Source of the DNA: Thermodesulfobacteriota bacterium
GTDB taxonomy: Bacteria; Desulfobacterota; Desulfobacteria; Desulfobacterales; Desulfobacteraceae
DNA: 54,598 bases
Assembly: GCA_034660495.1 (NCBI GenBank)
Contig: JAYEJJ010000221.1
Location: forward strand, 23,549-78,146
Reading direction: 5' to 3'
Under the pieces are notes generated by a model that saw only the letters and a program-made list of their open reading frames with translations, made no database searches and was not told where the DNA came from. A program made the position numbers and the translations under genes. Positions 35,643 to 44,200 of this stretch are shown here, in pieces (the first letter of the stretch is position 1; the number at the start of each line of letters is the position of its first letter).

Positions 35643-36062
35643 TCAGGTGAGTTTGAGAACGCCGATGATGATGCCGGCCATGGTCACGGACAATCCAAAA
35701 GACCAGATCATGAACCGGTCGATTCTTTTGGTAAGGAGCTCAAACCGGTTGTTCATGATTTCAGTCAGTTTATCAAAACGTTTATTCTGCTGATCAAAGC
35801 GTTTATCCTGTTGATCAAAGCGTTTGTCCTGCTGATCAAAGCGTTTTTCATGCATTTCAAACCCCTGTTTCATCTGCTCAAACCCCTGTTTCATCAGCTC
35901 CCGCTGGTTCTTCAGCTCTTCTTCTACCCGGACCATGCGTTCTCTGAGCTCTATTTCATAGACGTGGGGCGGTTTTGCAAGGCTTTGATCGCTGAGCCAC
36001 TGGCTGAGATTTTTGCGGACAAATTCACCGATCTCATTGAAATCCTCATTTGCTAAGGCCAT
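35643..36062 (-). CDS. Tail-anchored coiled-coil protein (intact paralog, 139 aa)
   Basis: Start chosen at MALANEDF with an AAGGAGAG RBS. DKRFDQQ heptads and a C-terminal TM helix. The longer track ORF (to 36224) lacks an RBS. Confidence 0.65.
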   Translation of the reverse strand: MALANEDFNEIGEFVRKNLSQWLSDQSLAKPPHVYEIELRERMVRVEEELKNQRELMKQGFEQMKQGFEMHEKRFDQQDKRFDQQDKRFDQQNKRFDKLTEIMNNRFELLTKRIDRFMIWSFGLSVTMAGIIIGVLKLT

Positions 36063-36329
36063 GGCTGCTCTCCTTTTACAGGTTTTTCTGTTTTCTATTG
36101 TGGAGGTTGCTTTTCTGTTCTGTCTGTTTTGCGGCATGGATATTGCTTTCTTATTTGTACAACGGGGACAATGCTTTTTCAAGGGGAAATTTTTTCCCTG
36201 TTTTAAAATTAAAGTGTGTACCACATGACTTTGCGGTATTTCCGGTTTCGATAAAGTTGATTTGACACATCATAAAGCCAATTTCTACCGCAAAGTCAAA
36301 TGAAACACGCTTTAGTTTGCTTCAGAACT

Positions 36330-36356
36330 TTAATTTGATCCGTTAAAAGCCGATAA
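36330..36356 (+). promoter_or_regulatory. Sigma-28 (FliA) promoter candidate for flgN-flgK-flgL
   Basis: TTAATTTG-N11-GCCGATAA versus the consensus TAAAGTTT-N11-GCCGATAA. The -10 element is a perfect match. It lies ~30 nt upstream of flgN. Confidence 0.6.
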
Positions 36357-36384
36357 AACAAGAGAAAACAGAAAGGAAGCTGTC

Positions 36385-36888
36385 ATGGAAAATTTTGCCT
36401 ATAAAATTGACGATTATATTCACAAAAAGCTGCTGCTGTACGAGGAGCTGAGTGCTGTCCTGGAGCAGGAAAAGACCTTTATCGTTGATATGGATATTAA
36501 AGCCTTGTGGCTTTCCTCGTCCAGGAAAAAACAGCTGACCCTGAAAATTGAGCAGATAAGAGACAATATGCTTTATTTTCTGGATGAAAACCAGGTGGAC
36601 CATGGCATGAATGTCAGAAATTTCAGTCTTGGCGCCCTTATCCGCATTCTTCCGGTTTCTTCAAAAATCAAATCAGACCTCAATAAAACAAGGCATGCCG
36701 TTAACCTGAAAAAAGACGAAATTCAGGTCCTGGGTAGGGAAAACAAAAAATATGTTCAGGAGTATCTCAGTGTCATAGACGGCATCATGTCAAATTTTGC
36801 AGGCCCTGCGCTCAAGGACTGCTACACGTTTTCAGGGATCATACAGTCTTTAGAAAGGGCCAGTTCCCTTATACATGCGGAGGTCTAA
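36385..36888 (+). CDS. flgN: FlgN-like export chaperone for FlgK/FlgL
   Basis: 167 aa, helical, with an N-terminal pattern LLLYEELSAVLEQEKTFIVDMDIKALWLSSSRKKQL typical of the FlgN family. Directly upstream of flgK. Confidence 0.65.
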   Translation: MENFAYKIDDYIHKKLLLYEELSAVLEQEKTFIVDMDIKALWLSSSRKKQLTLKIEQIRDNMLYFLDENQVDHGMNVRNFSLGALIRILPVSSKIKSDLNKTRHAVNLKKDEIQVLGRENKKYVQEYLSVIDGIMSNFAGPALKDCYTFSGIIQSLERASSLIHAEV

Positions 36889-36890
36889 TC

Positions 36891-39800
36891 ATGGGCGGAA
36901 TCGGTGCAACCCTTAATATTGCTAAAAGTGCCATTGCTGCCCAGCAGTATGGACTGCATGTAACGGGCAACAATATTTCCAATGTGAACAATCCTGACTA
37001 CAGTGTTCAAACGGCTGATCAGGAGAACAACACCCCGCAGAAATATGCAGGGTTTATATTTGGCACAGGCGTTTCTGTCCAGCAGATCGAGCAGAGCGTC
37101 AACCAGATGCTGGAGGACCGGCTGACAGACGAAAAGGCCAATCTTGCCGGGTTTGAAGAGGCGGAATCCTACATGAAAATTGTGGAATCCATGTTTGATG
37201 AGTCTTCTGAAACCAGTATCAATACCTTGATGACCGAGTTCTGGAATTCCTGGCACGATCTTTCCGATAATCCCAACGGGCCTTCTGAAAGGGAGGCGGT
37301 GCTGGAGACGGGAAACAACCTGGCCGCCCGGTTTAAAACAGCACAGCTTGACCTGAAACAGGTGGGCAGTGAAACCACAAGGGAGATTGATGCGGGTCTT
37401 TCCAGGGTCAATGCCCTTGCCGATGAAATTGCCGCGCTGAACAAGGAAATCACCGGATTTGAAGCATCATCAACGGCCAATGATCTGCGGGACAAGCGAA
37501 ACGGCCTTGTTGACGAGCTGGGGGATATCATCAATATCAACTCCTTTGAGCAGCCCAACGGGTACTTATCTGTCAATGTGGGCAGGGGGGCGCCTCTGGT
37601 TTATGGGGTTGAGACCAGCCGGCTTGAAATGGTGGACAAAGAGGTGGTGTGGCAGGGCACCGGCCAAAAAAGGGTGATTTCCGATGAGATCTCCGGGGGT
37701 AAAATCAAGGGGTGGCTTCAGATAAGAGACGAAGTGATTCCCAAATATCAGTCAGAGGTGGATGTCCTTGCCAAGGAGATGATCTGGGCAATCAACCTCC
37801 AGCACTCCCAGGGGGCTGGCCTTGATTATTTTTCAGACACAGTGACCGGGGCGTACCAGACCGACGACAGCGGGCTTTTGTCAAGTCTCACCTTTGGAGA
37901 CCGAATCGATTATGAGAAGTCCTTTAAGATGTGGATCAAGGATCAGTCCACTGCCGATACACAATACCAGTCCGCTGAAGTGGACATGGGCATCTCAAAA
38001 GCCGGTCTTTCCAACTGGGACGGGGTCTCTCCAGGGGGAGAACCGTCACGGTACAGACTGACAGTGGTTGACGGTACAACCGTAGGCGATTCCCTGGTAT
38101 CCGAGACCGACGGATCGGGACTTGCCACCACAATTGTTGGATCAGACACGGCAACGGCACTCAATGGCGGTATTGCCGAGCAGACCCTGACCGTCTACGG
38201 CAGTCCCGAGGGGACCAGTACCATAAAGGTCAAGGATATTGCAGGGGACTCTTTGAGGTCTGCGGCCTCTGTGGCAGAGGCGTTGTCGAAAATTGAAGGG
38301 ATAGAGGCCTATGCGTCTGAAACTTCTGTAACATTTTCAACTATAGATTCTGCCACAGGGGACTCTACCTTACCCGATGCCCATGATGGTGATGAGGTGA
38401 AGTTCTCCCTTTATGTTGACGGCTCCCTCCATGAGCTCTCCTTTGTGTTTGATTCTGACAAAGGAAGCCTGGATGATCAGCTTGAAAATGCCCTTTTATC
38501 GGGCGCAGAGCTTATAAACGAAATTAAGGGGGATGAAAACCTGACGGCCAACGGCCTGACCCTTACAAGCAGTAAGGGGTCCACCCTGGGTGCGGAACAG
38601 TTTGAAGTGGTGGATAATGCCGGGGTGCAGCTGAACAATTTTTCAGGATTCAATACCGGGGACAGTGTTACCTTTACAGTGGAGACGGATGGATCTCCCG
38701 CAAGTTCAACAGATCTTACCGTGGATTTATCCGGGGTGGATACCAGTGACGAGGCCAATGTTGCCACAGCGTTTTACGATGCATTATCTGCTGATCTGGA
38801 CAGTTCTCCTTTTTCCGTGGAAAATGATCCCTCCACCAACTCGATTTTTCTAAGAACCACCGACGGGTCCAATCTTACCCTCAGGGATGCTGACAATGAT
38901 GCAGGTGCAGGCGCCTTCATTGATGTGACGGAACTGGCAGGATCAACCCTGGGAGCCGGGAACAACATCCTTACCTTTGATGGAAGCGGTGACACGGAAA
39001 CCTTTACCGCAACCACGGCGGACACGGATACACTGGGGTTTAACAGTGGCGTGATTGCTGAAGATTCAGCCGTCGGCCCGTTTCCGGCGGGAACCGACAA
39101 GGCAGGTGTGATCACGGGAACCGTAACCACTGTCATGGATCCGGATATTTCCATCCATTCCACTGTCGCAGGTCCCGGTCCATTATACGGTGCCCTGTTT
39201 GAAGACGGATCGGCAAAGCGGGGAAGTTCCATCGCCACCCTGGGGGGAGAAGGGGGATTTTCCAACTTTACCCAGGGGGAAGCTGTCTCCTTTGATGTTG
39301 ACGGTATTTCTGTAACGTATAACATCCCTGCCGCTCCCCCCGTTCTTGGAGAGCTGGACCATGCCCAGAATATAGAAATTGCACTTACTGCCGCACTGGT
39401 TACTCCTTTTGTTGATCCCGACTACCAAATCATCAGAACGGACCGGTCTGTCTCCATACTCAAGAATACAGATCAGGATGATCCCATTGAGATCACCAAT
39501 TTCAGCGAATCAGTGACTGATGATGCCAAGCTGGCAGTGAGAACCGGTACAGGAACCGGCACGGCCGAGCCGGGAAACGATCTTCTCGAGGCGGGCAGCA
39601 GTCTCAGGGATTTTTCCACTGCCACCCTGTACAGCGATGACGGGGTGATCAAGTGGGAGCGGCTGAACAGAGATGGGTTTTCAACGGGAAGCAATGGGTT
39701 TGTAACGGTTTCCGATGACGGCAATGTCACCATTGACGAGACCGGAGGCTCCATCTCCTTTGATATTGCAAAAGGCTCCCTTGTGGCGGGCAATACCCTG

Positions 39801-41165
39801 ACGGTGAATACCGACGACTCAGGCCAGCCCGATCCCCTGAATTTCAGAGTAAGGGGCGCTGGAAACAGCATCATGGACACCTATCACTTTACCGTGGTTG
39901 AGGGGGGAAAGGTGGGCCATGTGCCCGGAGAAGATGAAGCGCCCCTGACCATAAAATGGGAAAGCAGCACCTCCTATGGAGAGTTTGTTATGGAAGGGGA
40001 AGATCCTCCGATTACCCCGGATATTCCTGTTGAAGTGGAAGTGGACGGCATGGACCTGGTGTTCAGCAGCGGCACCCTGCTCAAGGATGATGTGTTTACC
40101 ATCACAACCGATGAGGCAGGGTATCCGGTTTCTGAAAATGACAGCGGCATGCCCACCGGAGAAACCCTTTCCGACTGGCACTGGACGGCCGCCTCTTTTG
40201 CCGATCAGTTTAACCGGCAGGCAGGAGGGGTGAAAGCCTCCACGACCCTGGACAATCGACTGAGGTTTGAACAGGATACCGACTACCACGCCATCACCAA
40301 TATTGAATTTTCCAATGAGCAGGTGAGCCAAAACAGCGGATTCAGCCCGGCAAACACCACAATAGAGATAACCAACCATGCCGCATTTACCTTTGAGGCC
40401 CGGGATCTCAAGTTCCAGCGCACCACCAATGCCAGCGGCACCAATGTATGGCAGGTGTTGAACGATCCAACCGGCGGAAACATCAGAATCATACCCGAAG
40501 GGGGAAACGACAGCGGGTTTGGCGTTGATCTCACCAGAGACGGGGTGGCAGACATGGAGATCCGTTTTGAAAAAGAGATCTCCGGCAACGGGTTCGTTGA
40601 AATGGATTTTGTCCACAAAAGCGGGAAGGACATCAGCTTTGCCTTTTCCGATGATGGGTCAAACGCATCGGGTATTATGGCCGCGGCCGGCATCAATACC
40701 TTTTTTACAGGAGAGGATGCCGTTACCATGGAAGTGAACCAGACCCTGAACAACACAGATATGATTGCAGCGGCCACCATTGACAGTGACACCGGGGAGA
40801 TCAGCCAGGGGGACAACAGCAATGCCCTGGCCCTGGCCGATATTCAGTTTGAGAGCAGAACCATGAAAAAATGGACCTTTTCCAGGGGCCAGGATGCGGA
40901 TTCCAGTGTTACCATCGCCACCCTTGATGAGTACTACGGTACCATGATAGGATACATGGGCCTCACCCTGAGAAGCATAGAAAATTCCGGGACGTCAGCA
41001 GGGTTAATGGTTACCTCCATCACAGAAAAAAGAGATGCGATTTCTGCCGTCTCCCTGGATGAAGAGATGATTAATCTGATGAAGTACCAGCACGCCTTTT
41101 CAGCGGCATCCAAGCTGATAAGTGTCTCCGATGAGATGCTGAATACACTTATAAGTGTCAGGTAA
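36891..41165 (+). CDS. flgK: Hook-associated protein 1 FlgK, giant (1424 aa)
   Basis: N-terminus GIGATLNIAKSAIAAQQYGLHVTGNNISNVNNPDYS. C-terminus SLDEEMINLMKYQHAFSAASKLISVSDEMLNTLISVR. Confidence 0.95.
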   Translation: MGGIGATLNIAKSAIAAQQYGLHVTGNNISNVNNPDYSVQTADQENNTPQKYAGFIFGTGVSVQQIEQSVNQMLEDRLTDEKANLAGFEEAESYMKIVESMFDESSETSINTLMTEFWNSWHDLSDNPNGPSEREAVLETGNNLAARFKTAQLDLKQVGSETTREIDAGLSRVNALADEIAALNKEITGFEASSTANDLRDKRNGLVDELGDIININSFEQPNGYLSVNVGRGAPLVYGVETSRLEMVDKEVVWQGTGQKRVISDEISGGKIKGWLQIRDEVIPKYQSEVDVLAKEMIWAINLQHSQGAGLDYFSDTVTGAYQTDDSGLLSSLTFGDRIDYEKSFKMWIKDQSTADTQYQSAEVDMGISKAGLSNWDGVSPGGEPSRYRLTVVDGTTVGDSLVSETDGSGLATTIVGSDTATALNGGIAEQTLTVYGSPEGTSTIKVKDIAGDSLRSAASVAEALSKIEGIEAYASETSVTFSTIDSATGDSTLPDAHDGDEVKFSLYVDGSLHELSFVFDSDKGSLDDQLENALLSGAELINEIKGDENLTANGLTLTSSKGSTLGAEQFEVVDNAGVQLNNFSGFNTGDSVTFTVETDGSPASSTDLTVDLSGVDTSDEANVATAFYDALSADLDSSPFSVENDPSTNSIFLRTTDGSNLTLRDADNDAGAGAFIDVTELAGSTLGAGNNILTFDGSGDTETFTATTADTDTLGFNSGVIAEDSAVGPFPAGTDKAGVITGTVTTVMDPDISIHSTVAGPGPLYGALFEDGSAKRGSSIATLGGEGGFSNFTQGEAVSFDVDGISVTYNIPAAPPVLGELDHAQNIEIALTAALVTPFVDPDYQIIRTDRSVSILKNTDQDDPIEITNFSESVTDDAKLAVRTGTGTGTAEPGNDLLEAGSSLRDFSTATLYSDDGVIKWERLNRDGFSTGSNGFVTVSDDGNVTIDETGGSISFDIAKGSLVAGNTLTVNTDDSGQPDPLNFRVRGAGNSIMDTYHFTVVEGGKVGHVPGEDEAPLTIKWESSTSYGEFVMEGEDPPITPDIPVEVEVDGMDLVFSSGTLLKDDVFTITTDEAGYPVSENDSGMPTGETLSDWHWTAASFADQFNRQAGGVKASTTLDNRLRFEQDTDYHAITNIEFSNEQVSQNSGFSPANTTIEITNHAAFTFEARDLKFQRTTNASGTNVWQVLNDPTGGNIRIIPEGGNDSGFGVDLTRDGVADMEIRFEKEISGNGFVEMDFVHKSGKDISFAFSDDGSNASGIMAAAGINTFFTGEDAVTMEVNQTLNNTDMIAAATIDSDTGEISQGDNSNALALADIQFESRTMKKWTFSRGQDADSSVTIATLDEYYGTMIGYMGLTLRSIENSGTSAGLMVTSITEKRDAISAVSLDEEMINLMKYQHAFSAASKLISVSDEMLNTLISVR

Positions 41166-41249
41166 TGCCCGCTTTGTTCATGGGGATCGGTTTGATGGGA
41201 TATGACCGGTGCCGTTTATGGCTGGCCACAGGTAATATGCGAGGTTACA

Positions 41250-44200
41250 ATGAGAGTTCCAAATATTACACTTTATGATACATCACGCTACCAGCTTGGG
41301 AAGCTAACCTCCAGGCTCAAGGATGCCAATGAGGTTGTAAGCTCTGAAAAGCAGATCAACAGTATGTCCGACGATCCAGTGGGATTAACCCAGGTGGTGG
41401 CCCTGAAAACATCTGTAAAAAACCTGGAACAGATAGAGAGAAATGTCCAGATGGGCAAAACCTGGCTCACCTGCAGTGAAGATGCCCTGGACAGCATCAA
41501 CACCCTTATCCTGAATGCCAGGGCAGAGGCCAGCCGCCTGGTCAACGCATCTGCCACGGCAGACGAGCGCAAGGATGCTGTTCAGCGGATTGACAATATA
41601 CTTGAACAGATTGTCTCCCTTGGCAATACAAAGGTGGGCGGAAGCTATATATTCAGTGGCACAGACTCGGATACCCAGCCCTTTGTTTACCATAAAGATA
41701 CCATTCCCCCCCATGTTTCCTATGAGGGAGACAGTTCGGCTTTTTCCATAAAAACGGACAGTGATACCGAAGTCGAGGTGGGCAGCAGCGGCAGCCGGGT
41801 GTTCAAGGATGATGAGGTGGTGATCAACTCCACCAATAACACCATTGTATTTAAAGAGGATAACGGCCACGGCACAGCGTCGGAAAGGACCATGACCGCA
41901 GTGGTGCCGGATGGTGAATATACACCGGAAAAACTGGAAACCCTGGTAAGAAATGCCTTAAACCAGGCATCGGGCGAGTCCGGGTACGGGGTAACCTATG
42001 ATGTGAATTACGACGCTGATGAAGAGAAATTTTCCATACAATCCGACGGCAGTTACAGCGGATATGTGAGAACGGCATTTCTCTGGGACACTGGTGATGA
42101 GCCGTATCTTAACGGGTATAACACCTCTTCCGGCATTGATCCGGATGATCTGGAGATTGATTTGAAAAATAGATCGGCCCTTACCATTGGTACGCCGGAA
42201 CCGGCAGGCAGTGATCCCGTGAAGCTCATATGGGATGGGGAGGGAAACTGGATTGTGGAAAACAACCCGGGGTATGTCATGCCGGCAAAGGTGGAAGGCA
42301 CCCATTACGGCGTGGACCTGGACCTTACCGAATCCGGAGTTGCTGATATCTCTGTTAAACTGGATCACCCCGTGGAAAAGGCCGGGGATTACATTGAGTT
42401 TGATATCATACCTGAAAAAGGGGATCACAGCATCGGCCATGAGATCGGATTTCCAGACAACAATGTGATTACAACAACACCCGTGTCAGACCGCAGCGCC
42501 GCTTTTGTGACGGACATTGAGATCACAGCCGGGGTCAACGACTATATCGACTTTAAGGAGAGGATGTCTGACTCCATTATCGCCGCCGGCACGGTCCTGG
42601 ATGCAGATTATGAGATAACCGGTGATACGGCTGTTTCCAGCGGCACCATTGCCGCCGGATCGGTTCTCGGCTCGGGATCAACCATTGTCTCCGGTACCAC
42701 CCTGGGTGCGGGAACGGTGATTGGTTCCGGCATCACCCTTTCTCCTGATATTGAACTTGCCAGGGATGTCACCCAAGTCTCTTCCGGTACCCTGATCAGC
42801 GGGTCGCTGTTGGCAGCGGGTACTGTTCTGGGATCGGGTACCGTTCTCGGCATGGGCACCACCATCGGCTCGGGCACGGTTGTGGGCTCAGGCACGGTTT
42901 TAACGGCGGATGTCATCCTGGGCGCTGCTGTGGCCGGTGCTGACGGCGGCACCATGACAAGCGGGTCGGTTCTAACGTCCGGCACTGTTCTGGGGGCAGG
43001 TACGGTTATTGCGTCTGGCACCACCATCGGCTCAGGTACTCTACTGACCGGGGATTTCCTTGTGGATTCAGATATAACAGCCGCCATGGGGGGTGTTTTA
43101 TCCGCCAACTCCTTTGTGGCTTCCGGGTCCACCCTGGTGTCCGGTACAGTGCTTGCCAGTGACGAGTCCATCTCCATTGCCGCTTCCGGGGTCTCGGGTA
43201 CGGTTACAGGCGACGGGACCAGCACCCTGGCCCAGCTGGCCATGGGGTCTCCTCCCCTTGGCGCGGCCGGCAGTTATACGGTTGTATCCGGGGGCGACAC
43301 CCTGAGCCACGGCATCACCACCCTGGCCAGCGGTTCCATCCTGGCCTTTGGCACCAGTTCCGGCCTGGTGGCTGCCGGATCATCCTTTACCGGAACTTCT
43401 GTTACAACGGCTTCCGGATCTGCTCTGGATACCGCCATGACCCTGCAGGGGGGGGATATGGGTTTAACGGCTGACACCACGGTAATGGCCGGCACCACCC
43501 TGGCCTCCGGCACTACCCTGTCTTCCGGTTCTGTTGTGGATAACAAGGGGATTACCAATTCAGATGCTGTTGTCACCCTGAACGGGAATATGACCTTAAA
43601 GGGGACCACCACCCTTAACGGTGCCGCTGCAAACAATGAACTCACCGGTAATGTCGCGCTTAGGGCAGGGACCACCCTGGGTGCCGGCTCCACTTTGATA
43701 AGCGGTTCTTCAGTGGACAACCAGGCCGTTACCATCAATAACGGTATTGTTTTAACTTCCGATATGGCGGTCACAGGAAGCACCGGGGTCTCCCCGGGAA
43801 CTGATATGACCGTCCTTCCTGGCACCGTGATTGCCAAAGACTCCATCCTGGAGCAGGGCTCCGTTGTGAACAGTGATTTGCCCATTGATGCCGATCAAAC
43901 CATTGCGGCTGGAACGGTGTTTCCTGCTGATTTTGGCATCACCTCGGATATAACCGTTACCAGCGGTGTCCTGGCCAGCGGCACCCTGTTTGAGGCCGGG
44001 TCGGTTATTCGTGCCGGCACTGTGCTGGGGGCCGGATCTGTCATCGGGGCCGGTGAAACCCTCACATCGGATGTACAGGCGGCCTCCGATATCAGGATCA
44101 TCAACTCAGGCACATTAAATGTCGGCTCCTTTCTCTCCTCGGGCTCCACCCTGGTGTCCGGTACGGTTCTGGGGATAGGGGAGCAGATCGACTTTGTCAC

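Noticed and set aside
39819-40616. 265-aa ORF on the - strand (and other antisense ORFs inside flgK)
   Set aside because: It is antisense to flgK, which has canonical termini. It has no motif support.
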